Source: a virus (Duplodnaviria; Heunggongvirae; Uroviricota; Caudoviricetes). From it: a stretch of 64,000 nt of DNA. Under the pieces are notes generated by a model. It was not told the origin of the DNA. It made no database searches and saw nothing but the letters and a program-made list of their open reading frames with translations. The stretch spans positions 68,338 through 132,337 of the IMG/VR virus record IMGVR_UViG_3300028534_000001. One strand, written 5' to 3'. Position numbers and translations under genes: made by a program. This document shows, in pieces, positions 51,696-60,670 of the stretch. Position 1 is the first letter of the stretch. The number at the start of each line of letters is the position of its first letter.

Positions 51696-52364
51696 TTAAA
51701 TACTATCTATATTTGTTTTATTAACATCAAATTTGATGTGTTTATTTATAATAATTTCATAAGTAACTGTAAATACAGATGCTCTTGAACTAACAGAAAT
51801 ATGTTCGTCACCACCTTTATCGATAATTTCAATAGATTTAATACCTTCTTGTTCTATTTCACATAATTCTTTATTTTTTAAATTTTTTAATTCATCACAA
51901 ATATTATATTTTTCCATCCAGTCAGTAACATCTTTTGGATTTTTAAACATTTTATTTTTATAATTATCCCATATTGCATAATAAATATTTTCGCAAAATA
52001 AACTCTCATAATCTTTTAATTGATTTCTTATTTCTTTAGCACAAATTTTTTCATCTTTTAAATTTAATAAATCATTTCTTTTTAATTTAATTAGTATTTT
52101 TTCAATATTTGTTTTTAATTTTTCCCATAATTTTTCAAGAGCTTTTGGTGTCATATCATATAAATTATCAATTGAAAAATCTTTTTTTAAAAATTTACTT
52201 AATAAAACTTTATCTTCATAAGAATTTTCAAATAAATCATTAACTAATTCTTTTAACTGATTTTCATCCATTTTTTCTAATATTTTTTGTATTTCTGAAA
52301 TTTTTAAAAGAGAAGGCGTTTTATAACCTTCATTTTTTAAATTTTCTAATATTTTTTTTAACAT
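51696..52364 (-). CDS. Hypothetical protein
   Basis: Late-type motif upstream; N-terminus MLKKILE. Confidence 0.55.
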   Translation of the reverse strand: MLKKILENLKNEGYKTPSLLKISEIQKILEKMDENQLKELVNDLFENSYEDKVLLSKFLKKDFSIDNLYDMTPKALEKLWEKLKTNIEKILIKLKRNDLLNLKDEKICAKEIRNQLKDYESLFCENIYYAIWDNYKNKMFKNPKDVTDWMEKYNICDELKNLKNKELCEIEQEGIKSIEIIDKGGDEHISVSSRASVFTVTYEIIINKHIKFDVNKTNIDSI

Positions 52365-52390
52365 TTTAATACCTTCTTTTTTAATATTAT

Positions 52391-53524
52391 TTAAATATTT
52401 TCTATATAATTAAAATCTATTTTAGAATGTTCAATTGGATTTAATAAATAATCTATTTCTTCACTTTCTTGCAATGATTTTTCACTATTACCATAATTTA
52501 AATATTTTCCTATCCATTTAAGAGGATTTTCTTTTATTTCTGGATAAATAGGTTTTAAACCAATAGCTTTTAATCTTACATTAGTTAAAAATTTAATATA
52601 TGTTTTAGCAATATCACTATTTATTCCCATAGGAGAACCATATTTATATAATTCATCAATCCATCTCATTTCTTCTTCACTTGCTTCCCAATACATATCA
52701 TAAATTTTTGATGTAATTTTTTCAAAAATACCTTTAAAATGTTTATCTTTTTTAAGAAATTGAATAGTTTTTTGTGTAAATGCTAAATGTTTATTTTCGT
52801 CTCTTGATATAAGTTGTAAAATTCTTGAACTTCCTGCTAATCTACCTGAAAACTCTGTAATACTCCAAACACTTGCAAATCCCGAATAAAATCTAATTCC
52901 TTCAAGGATATTTATAGAAATCATTGCTAAAAATATTTTTTCTTTAAATTTTTCTAACCATTCTTCAGATAATTCTAGTCCGTGTTGATTATGATAAAGA
53001 TAATCTATAACCCATTCATATAAATTATTATATTCTCTAATAATAGTGTCTGTTTCTTTTCTAAGTTCTTCATTTTTCCAGCTATCATCAAAAATAATCC
53101 CTGGATTTTCATTCATCATAAATTCAACCATATATGAATAACTAAAAGAATGAATTGCACCTTCAAAAAATTGAATAATGTTTAAAGCATTTTCAAATTC
53201 AGGATTTGTAGTAATTTGTCCAAACATTAAAACTGGACTTCTTCCTTGTAAAGAATCTAACATAACTAATTTTGATAAAACAGTAGTAAAAATATGTTTT
53301 TGAATTTTATCTAAATTATAAAAATCAGCTTTATCATTCACTAGTGATATTTCTTGTGCTTGCCAGAATAGGTCTTTCATATCTTGATTCAATTTAGAAT
53401 AAAATTCATATTTTACTTTATCGTATCTTTGTGTATTTCTTGCACAACCAAAAAAGATTGGTTGTTCTTCAGTTTTTATAGGTTCATTTTGATATAAATT
53501 TAATATACATTTTGAATGTTCCAT
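52391..53524 (-). CDS. nrdB: Ribonucleotide reductase class Ia beta subunit
   Basis: LDSLQ, E...HSFSY (radical Tyr), EGIRFYSGF and RDENKH. Confidence 0.92.
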   Translation of the reverse strand: MEHSKCILNLYQNEPIKTEEQPIFFGCARNTQRYDKVKYEFYSKLNQDMKDLFWQAQEISLVNDKADFYNLDKIQKHIFTTVLSKLVMLDSLQGRSPVLMFGQITTNPEFENALNIIQFFEGAIHSFSYSYMVEFMMNENPGIIFDDSWKNEELRKETDTIIREYNNLYEWVIDYLYHNQHGLELSEEWLEKFKEKIFLAMISINILEGIRFYSGFASVWSITEFSGRLAGSSRILQLISRDENKHLAFTQKTIQFLKKDKHFKGIFEKITSKIYDMYWEASEEEMRWIDELYKYGSPMGINSDIAKTYIKFLTNVRLKAIGLKPIYPEIKENPLKWIGKYLNYGNSEKSLQESEEIDYLLNPIEHSKIDFNYIENI

Positions 53525-53564
53525 TTAATTTTTCTCCTTTTTTGAAGTATTTAATTAAAAATTT

Positions 53565-56027
53565 TTATAATGTACAACCACCGCCTGCACATCCTTCATT
53601 TTCATCTTCAATTTTATTAAGAACATCATTTTTAGTATGGTCTTCTGTTCTACTAATAACATAATATAAAGTTTTAATTCCATATTTATATATAAAATAT
53701 AATCTTTTTAATGCTTCATTAAAAGGTATTTTTTTATTAGGATATTTTGAAAAATCAATATTTTCATTCAATGAAATTGCTTGGTCAATCCATTTTTGTA
53801 AAATAGCAACTAATTTCCAATACTCTAAAACATCACTTTCTAAAGCTAAATTTCTTTTATAAAATTCTTTGTATTTTTTAATTTCAGGTAAAACTCCATA
53901 TACATTTATTTTATTGTCTTCTACTGAATATTTTAATGATTTAGGCATATTGATACCAGAAATCATATTTGCTGGTCTTGACGAATTTGAGCTCGGAACT
54001 GCTGTAAGTAAAGTTGAATTTCTCATTCCAAATTCTAAAATATCTTTTTTCAAATTATCCCAATCTAATGTAGGATTATGTTTTACTAATAAATCAACAT
54101 TTTTTTCATACCAATCTATAGGAGTTAAGCCTTCACTATATTTTGTATCTTTAAAATAATTACAAGCACCTTTTTCTTTTGCTAATTCAACAGAAGCTTT
54201 AATACCATAATATAACATTTCTTCCATAACTTCATTTACAATGTCTCTTGCTTTTTGAGTATTATAATCAGCATCATATTTTGCTAACATATAAAATAAG
54301 TTACCTGGACTAATACCTAAAGCTCTTCTATTTTTAGTAAATTTTTCAAAAGTATCTATACCAAAATACTCTTGATAATCAATTTTTTCATCTAAAAATC
54401 TTACTAATAAATCCATATTTTTTTCAAAGAATTTTTTTCTTTTTTCTTTATCTTTAGGTAAATTACCAAAATTGATACCTCCTAAAATACAACTAAATGT
54501 TTCACCAAAATTGATTTTGATTTCTTCTCCATCATTATCTAATAAGTTATATAACTCTTTAAGAATTTTTTTATTCTTGTCATCTTCAATATTGTATCTA
54601 AAAAATCTATATAATTGAAACCATTCACCATTTTTATATAAATTTTCAAACCATTCTTTGAATTCTTTTTTATTTTTTATCTTTAAAACGTAATCTTCAT
54701 CTGGAAAACTTGGCAAAGCTATTTCCGTACATAAATTGCTTGTATTTACAGGCAATTTCCAAGCACTTTGTTGTTGCATTGCATTAGCATTTACTAAATA
54801 TATTCTATTAGTTGAATATCTTTCATTGAAAAATTTTAATAAGAAATCTTCAGTATCAATTTCTTTTTTATGTTTTTCACTTACTTTTCTTTCAAATTGT
54901 TTATATTGTTTTTCAAAATTTTCTAATCCAATATTATCCCATAAATCTTCAATTTCATTTAAGTGGAATAATGTTAAAGGTTTTTTCTTTTTAAGTCTAT
55001 CAAAAATTAGTTTTAAATCCATACTAAATGCGTGGTCAGCATATCTTACTGACATTTCTTCAGAACCTCTATTATTTTTAACTCTTATTAAATCTTCGTA
55101 TTCATAATGAAAAAATGGATAATACATTGTAGATGAACCAGTTCTTCCACTATTAGGTTGTGTAGAACTTTTAGAAATATCTTGTTTTACTCTTAAATAA
55201 GGTATTACACCTGTGTGTTCTTCTTGTCCATTACCAATTTCAGCACCTAATCCTCTAATTTCAACTTTAATACCTATACCAGCTCTAAGTTTAGTAATAA
55301 GTTTATACATAGATTTACTTGCATTTCCTATACTTTCTATACTATCTCCTAAATTTAAACCTGCGCACGAAGTAAATCCTCTAGTAGTTGTTCTAATTCC
55401 TGCCATATCTGGAGTTGGTAAAAATATATCAAAATTTGATAATGCTTTATAAAAATTTTTAATATATTTATTTCTTTTTTGTTTATTTTTTATTCTTGCA
55501 AATACATATAAAGGTATCATAAAATAAATTTCTTGAGGAGTTTCAACTGCTTTTCCATTTCTTTTAATAGCATATTTTTTAAGCATTTGTGTAATACCTA
55601 AATAAGTAAATTTGTAGTCTTTTGAAAAATCAATTATTTGTAAAAGTTCATTTATTTCATCTTCAGTATAATATTTGAATAATTCAAAGTCATAAATTCC
55701 TTTTTCAATTTGACTTTTAATTCTTTCTAAATTAAATTTAGGTGTAAAACTTCCATAAATTCTTTTATATAAATCTTGTAATTCTGTTCTAGCTGCAGCA
55801 TATTGGTAATCTGGTTTATTTTCATCAATTAAATCAGCAATTGATAAAGTTAAATTTTTTTGAATTTCTTCTGTAGTTATTCCATCATATAATCTTAATC
55901 TAAAATTATTAACAATTTCATTTATATCACAATCTAATCCTTCAATTGCGTATTGAATATGTGTATAAATTTTATCGAAATTAAATGGTACTAAATTACC
56001 ATTTCTTTTTTTAACATTGATGTCCAT
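53565..56027 (-). CDS. nrdA: Ribonucleotide reductase class Ia alpha subunit
   Basis: N-terminal ATP cone (VKKRNG), TSCAG, SNLCTEI, CILGGIN, RRALG, MRNSTL and C-terminal CAGGGC. Confidence 0.95.
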   Translation of the reverse strand: MDINVKKRNGNLVPFNFDKIYTHIQYAIEGLDCDINEIVNNFRLRLYDGITTEEIQKNLTLSIADLIDENKPDYQYAAARTELQDLYKRIYGSFTPKFNLERIKSQIEKGIYDFELFKYYTEDEINELLQIIDFSKDYKFTYLGITQMLKKYAIKRNGKAVETPQEIYFMIPLYVFARIKNKQKRNKYIKNFYKALSNFDIFLPTPDMAGIRTTTRGFTSCAGLNLGDSIESIGNASKSMYKLITKLRAGIGIKVEIRGLGAEIGNGQEEHTGVIPYLRVKQDISKSSTQPNSGRTGSSTMYYPFFHYEYEDLIRVKNNRGSEEMSVRYADHAFSMDLKLIFDRLKKKKPLTLFHLNEIEDLWDNIGLENFEKQYKQFERKVSEKHKKEIDTEDFLLKFFNERYSTNRIYLVNANAMQQQSAWKLPVNTSNLCTEIALPSFPDEDYVLKIKNKKEFKEWFENLYKNGEWFQLYRFFRYNIEDDKNKKILKELYNLLDNDGEEIKINFGETFSCILGGINFGNLPKDKEKRKKFFEKNMDLLVRFLDEKIDYQEYFGIDTFEKFTKNRRALGISPGNLFYMLAKYDADYNTQKARDIVNEVMEEMLYYGIKASVELAKEKGACNYFKDTKYSEGLTPIDWYEKNVDLLVKHNPTLDWDNLKKDILEFGMRNSTLLTAVPSSNSSRPANMISGINMPKSLKYSVEDNKINVYGVLPEIKKYKEFYKRNLALESDVLEYWKLVAILQKWIDQAISLNENIDFSKYPNKKIPFNEALKRLYFIYKYGIKTLYYVISRTEDHTKNDVLNKIEDENEGCAGGGCTL

Positions 56028-56133
56028 TTATTTATCTCCTTTTTTATATTGTTATTATATCATATTTAATTTGATAAGATGACTTTTATATACTTATCAT
56101 ATAATAGAAAATAGATTTAAAGATTTAAAATTT

Positions 56134-57855
56134 TTATTCTAAATCTAATTCAACATTAAATTTTTTTATAAAATTATTTATCTCTTTTAATAATTCTTCT
56201 TTAGAATTATATTTTTCTTTAATCAATTTAGAATCAATAGATATATTATCGTGAACTCTATATAATTGATTTAAAAAAAATTTATTTTCAATTTTATTTA
56301 TAATATATTTTTCTATATAAAAATAAAAAATCATTAAACTATTTTCTTCATTTATTTCATTCAAATTTAATTTTGATTCTATTAAATTTAATTCTTTTAA
56401 TTTATTATAAATAAATTCTTTTTTATAATTTAATTCTTTTCTTAATTCTAATCCTTCTTTTTGAATTTTTTCTAATAATCTTTTTAAATTATTTTTAGAT
56501 TTAGATTCTTTTATTTTTTTAAATCTAACTTTATAATTTTCTTTAGCATTTAAAGCTGTTATAAAAGTTTCTTTAAGGGATTTTTTTATAGAATTTGTAT
56601 GTAATTTTCTACTTTTATTTTCATTTATAATTACTTTAAATAATTCATCTCTATTTTTAGCATAAAATTCTATATTAGTAATTTCAGTTTTTAAATTAAA
56701 AATTTCTTTCATAGTTTTAATAGTATTAGGAATACTATTTTTAATATCAAAAGAATAAAATTCAAATTTCTCATTAAACCATTTTCTAAAATCTTTACTT
56801 ACATTAGTAAATATACTATAATATCTTCCTTTTTTTTCTTTAATATTAAATACAATATTATGTTCATTTGAATGTATTAAAAATAATTTAACATTATCTA
56901 TAAATTTTATTATTTTTTTATTTTTAGATTTTATTGATTTTATTTTATGTTCAATAATGTTTATAGATTTGTTATATTGAATAATTTTATTATAATCTAA
57001 ACATTCATCATTTTTTCTTTTTATATTTTTAAGTTGATTTTTAAGCTTTCTAATATAATTTTCATTTACTCTAATATTTTTATATAACTTTAATAATTTA
57101 TTGTAAAGTTCTTCTTTAATATTTTCGATATGTAAAATTTTTTCAATTACAAATTCGTCTTTAATTTCTTCTTGATTTTTATCTGATTTAGGATGAATAA
57201 AATTTATTTCGTCTCTTTGTTCTTCTGTTAGATGTAAAATATTATTTTTGTTTTCATTAAAAAGTTTTTTGTATTTTAATAAAGATTTTTTAAATTCTAT
57301 ATTATTTACAATATTATATATTAGTTCATCAAATTTTTTTCTAGTTTTGTGATCAACATAAACAATATCAAAAAAAGGAATATCTTTAACGAACCATTCT
57401 TTAGCAATTCCTTTATAATTATTTTTGATTATAGTTTCTGAAAATAAATCATCAGTATCTTTTTCAATTATATCTACACCAACTTTAAAATTATTTTTTA
57501 CATCAAAATATATTTCTAAAGAATCTTTTACCTTTTGAAAGTTATTATGACCAAATAATTTATATAAAATATTTTTAGAAACAACTATAGCTTCTTTATT
57601 ATTCTTATGTTGCATCATATTACCACTATTTTTATATAATTTAATTGATGTATATAATCTATTCAAAAAATGGAAAGTTTTTCTCTTATTTATACAATAA
57701 TTTTTAATATCGTTTTTTATATATAAAATATGATTATATTCAGGTATTAGATAAACAGACTTAATTTGTTTACCTTTTTTCTTTTTGTCTGCATTTAATA
57801 AATTATTTGTTTTGTGTTGTAAAGATATTTTTTCTTTTGATGATAATTTTCTCAT
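56134..57855 (-). CDS. Protein with family-A polymerase-like palm motifs (replication/primase-like?)
   Basis: GRYYSIFTN, FDIKNSIP, K.TF..ALN and RVHD in PolA A/B/C order; no exonuclease domain recognised. Confidence 0.45.
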   Translation of the reverse strand: MRKLSSKEKISLQHKTNNLLNADKKKKGKQIKSVYLIPEYNHILYIKNDIKNYCINKRKTFHFLNRLYTSIKLYKNSGNMMQHKNNKEAIVVSKNILYKLFGHNNFQKVKDSLEIYFDVKNNFKVGVDIIEKDTDDLFSETIIKNNYKGIAKEWFVKDIPFFDIVYVDHKTRKKFDELIYNIVNNIEFKKSLLKYKKLFNENKNNILHLTEEQRDEINFIHPKSDKNQEEIKDEFVIEKILHIENIKEELYNKLLKLYKNIRVNENYIRKLKNQLKNIKRKNDECLDYNKIIQYNKSINIIEHKIKSIKSKNKKIIKFIDNVKLFLIHSNEHNIVFNIKEKKGRYYSIFTNVSKDFRKWFNEKFEFYSFDIKNSIPNTIKTMKEIFNLKTEITNIEFYAKNRDELFKVIINENKSRKLHTNSIKKSLKETFITALNAKENYKVRFKKIKESKSKNNLKRLLEKIQKEGLELRKELNYKKEFIYNKLKELNLIESKLNLNEINEENSLMIFYFYIEKYIINKIENKFFLNQLYRVHDNISIDSKLIKEKYNSKEELLKEINNFIKKFNVELDLE

Positions 57856-57960
57856 TTTTTCGCCTCTTTTTTATTTTTATTTAAATTTTAAACTTATTAT
57901 ATAATAAGAAGTAGTGTTAAAAGGTTTTAAATTTTAAATAAAAATAAAAAAGGATAAATT

Positions 57961-58203
57961 ATGGATTTTAATTTAAAATTAAAAAAAGATATTGTTGAAT
58001 TATATAACAAATACTTTAATAAAAAATCTATACATTTTATAAAAAAATTTAATGATTTAAAATTATTTAAAAAAGTGTATAGAATTTTTGATGATAATAA
58101 TTTTTATATTTTAGTTGATGAAAATTTTAATACATATAAAATTAAAAAGAAAAAATTAGAAGATTATAATGATGATGATTTTTATAATTTGGTTGATTTT
58201 TAA
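57961..58203 (+). CDS. Hypothetical protein
   Basis: AAAGGA SD; TTTAAATA motif upstream. Confidence 0.55.
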   Translation: MDFNLKLKKDIVELYNKYFNKKSIHFIKKFNDLKLFKKVYRIFDDNNFYILVDENFNTYKIKKKKLEDYNDDDFYNLVDF

Positions 58204-58226
58204 TAGGATAAAATATAATTTTTATT

Positions 58227-58685
58227 TTAATCCCATAATCTAGGTAATAATCTTCCAAATTCTTTAAACCATTGAATTTTCATATTTTCAATTTCTTTAA
58301 GATTAACTGGATGTTCATCTTCATACCATTGAATTTTTTGCCATTTTTTTAAAAGAACTTGTATTCTTTTTTTAGTAAAACAATCACCTTCATAATGTGT
58401 ATCTACACCCCAATGTTTTTCTAAGTCTTTTAATTTGTAGATTATTAAATCTTCAAAATAGAAAAAATCCCACCATTCGTCTTGTTTTAAAATTTTATGG
58501 TATTTTAATAAATTTCTAAAATATTTTTTTATATTATAATATTTACTTTTAAAAAATTCAATAATTTCATAAGGTAATTCAAATTTTTCATTATAATATA
58601 ATTCTTTTATATAATAATTAAATTTATCACATTTATTTTTTAATAATATTTTCAAATAATTAAAATCTATTCCATATATTTGCAT
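58227..58685 (-). CDS. Hypothetical protein
   Basis: ORF in an early-type operon. Confidence 0.55.
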   Translation of the reverse strand: MQIYGIDFNYLKILLKNKCDKFNYYIKELYYNEKFELPYEIIEFFKSKYYNIKKYFRNLLKYHKILKQDEWWDFFYFEDLIIYKLKDLEKHWGVDTHYEGDCFTKKRIQVLLKKWQKIQWYEDEHPVNLKEIENMKIQWFKEFGRLLPRLWD

Positions 58686-58695
58686 TAAAATACCT

Positions 58696-59004
58696 TTATT
58701 TCTTTTCTAAATATTTAATCATAATTTTGTTTATTTGTTTTGTATGTGTAATTCCATATAATGCAACAAATTCTTTTTCAGATGGCATAAAAATCATAAT
58801 ATTTATTATAAAAATAAAACCACTAATATATAATTTTTTCTTTTCTTTTAATTTTTTTCTAATAATTTCATTATCATAATTTTTGATTAAAGTTAGATAA
58901 ATAGTTGGATAAAATATCATCCAAAATATCCATATAATTAAAATAGTCCCTATAATATTACTTATAATTGAATAAATTAAATAAGCACTTAAAAAATCAA
59001 TCAT
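58696..59004 (-). CDS. Hypothetical membrane protein
   Basis: Two hydrophobic segments. Confidence 0.55.
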   Translation of the reverse strand: MIDFLSAYLIYSIISNIIGTILIIWIFWMIFYPTIYLTLIKNYDNEIIRKKLKEKKKLYISGFIFIINIMIFMPSEKEFVALYGITHTKQINKIMIKYLEKK

Positions 59005-59281
59005 TTATTTCTCCTTTTTCTATATAACAATTTTCTGCATATCCATTTTTAAATATAAATCCACCATTATCTGTAAATCCTATTATAAGTTTTTTATCTA
59101 TAATAGTTTCACCTTTTCCTTTAATATTGCAAATAATTACAATATTATCATTATTTTTAATTTCATTTATTTCAGATTTATTAACTAAATGTAATAAATA
59201 AAATGGTGTTAATAATAGTAATAATATTGCTATAAATTTATATCCAGGTTTTGTTTTTAATCTATAAATGATTTTTTCCAT
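58997..59281 (-). CDS. Hypothetical single-pass membrane protein
   Basis: N-terminal TM helix; Cys pair in the C-terminal domain. Confidence 0.55.
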   Translation of the reverse strand: MEKIIYRLKTKPGYKFIAILLLLLTPFYLLHLVNKSEINEIKNNDNIVIICNIKGKGETIIDKKLIIGFTDNGGFIFKNGYAENCYIEKGEIND

Positions 59282-59312
59282 GATTGTTTCCTTTTTATGT
59301 TTAATTTATATA

Positions 59313-59341
59313 ATTATACCAAATTTATTAAAAAAAGTCAA
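59313..59341 (-). promoter_or_regulatory. sigma70-type promoter
   Basis: TTGACT-17nt-TATAAT. Confidence 0.8.
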
Positions 59342-59436
59342 CTAATTTATTAAAAAATATATTAAAAATATATTAAAATACTATATAAATTTTATAACAT
59401 TAAATAATTATATAGATATATTATAAGGGATTTCAA

Positions 59437-59949
59437 ATGAATAATAGAATAAAACAAATGCTTGAAGAACTTGAAATTTTAGAAAAGGATTTAGTAAATG
59501 ATTTAAATAACATTGATCCTGATAATAAAGAACTTCACGAAAATATTATTAAATTAAGTGCTAAATATCCAGAACAAAGTGATATTTTAAAATTTATACT
59601 TTTTATAAATGATATTCAAAATACTGCTAGAGCAAATTTAGAAAATGTATATATAGATAATTTTAGCGAATTAGTAAAAAAGAAAAAACAAATTTTAAAA
59701 CTTTTAAATGATATTATTACAGAAATAAAAAAAGAATCAAAAGATGAAAATATTAAAGGAAATATTTATAATTGGAAAAGTATTTTATTTAATTTTGTTT
59801 CTAAATTAAATCCTTCACATTTTATATGGATGGGAATGACTATTATGGGAATTTTATTTATGGTATTTATTTTACAACACCCTGAAAAATCAGAAAAAGC
59901 TTTTGAAGCTGTAAAAACAACTCCTAAAATTATTCAAAAAAAATTTTAA
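59437..59949 (+). CDS. Helical protein with C-terminal TM segment, first gene of the signalling operon
   Basis: AAGGGA SD; coiled-coil N-terminus; FIWMGMTIMGILFMVFIL TM. Confidence 0.65.
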   Translation: MNNRIKQMLEELEILEKDLVNDLNNIDPDNKELHENIIKLSAKYPEQSDILKFILFINDIQNTARANLENVYIDNFSELVKKKKQILKLLNDIITEIKKESKDENIKGNIYNWKSILFNFVSKLNPSHFIWMGMTIMGILFMVFILQHPEKSEKAFEAVKTTPKIIQKKF

Positions 59950-59959
59950 AAGGCATTAA

Positions 59960-60670
59960 ATGAATAATATTTTAGAAAAATTAAAAAAATTTTTTAAAAA
60001 AAATGATAAAAAAATTTCTAATAAAGAAAATATATGGGAAAAAATTGAAGAAAATATAAGTGAATTTGAATTAGATAGTAAACTATTAAATGATTATAAT
60101 TTTGATAATTTGTGTAAACAATGTAAATTGAATAATAATTGTAAAGCAGGTAATAAACCTTGTGAATTATTTTTTAAAAATAATGGAGAATATAATTTTA
60201 TAGTCATAGATGATAATTATGGAGTAATAGAATCTATAAAAGATATTATAGAAGATTTAAAACAAAAAAATATAATATCTAAAAATTGGCAAATACATTA
60301 TTATTATACTAAACAAGCTCCTATATATTTATTAAAAGATATTAAAAGAAGAAATTTAATTCCTGATGCAGGTTTAATAGATATTACATATGGTTCTATT
60401 TTAAGAATAAAAGAAAAAAATATCAAAATAAATGGAGTTCATATTTTAGATTTTATTTTAAAAGTAAATCCTAATTTTAATTTTTATTTTTATACAGGTA
60501 ATACATTAAATCCTTATATAAAAACAGTTAAAATGATGATGGATTTTTTTAAAAAAATTTATAAAAAAGATATGGATGATTATATAATTTCTAAAAATTT
60601 TCAAGATGAAAAGGATATATATAAGATTATTAAAAAAATAATGTTAAAAACTGAAGGTAGGAAGGTATGA
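59960..60670 (+). CDS. Response regulator receiver protein with Cys-rich N-terminal extension and no output domain
   Basis: VIDDN acidic pocket, GLIDI phospho-acceptor Asp, NG, YTG switch Thr and conserved Lys (IISK). Confidence 0.75.
   Translation: MNNILEKLKKFFKKNDKKISNKENIWEKIEENISEFELDSKLLNDYNFDNLCKQCKLNNNCKAGNKPCELFFKNNGEYNFIVIDDNYGVIESIKDIIEDLKQKNIISKNWQIHYYYTKQAPIYLLKDIKRRNLIPDAGLIDITYGSILRIKEKNIKINGVHILDFILKVNPNFNFYFYTGNTLNPYIKTVKMMMDFFKKIYKKDMDDYIISKNFQDEKDIYKIIKKIMLKTEGRKV

Noticed and set aside
4088-55452. Plus-strand ORFs nested in minus-strand genes (4088, 4625, 9899, 13600, 21171, 25459, 33468, 39888, 46150, 47020, 50456, 53869, 54736, 55213)
   Set aside because: They are antisense shadows of K/E/N-rich genes (F/L/S/I-rich translations) with no SD and no recognisable motifs
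38438-56027. Inteins or introns in terL, nrdA or nrdB
   Set aside because: Sizes are near normal; no C/S...HN splice motifs or LAGLIDADG blocks; the frames are uninterrupted
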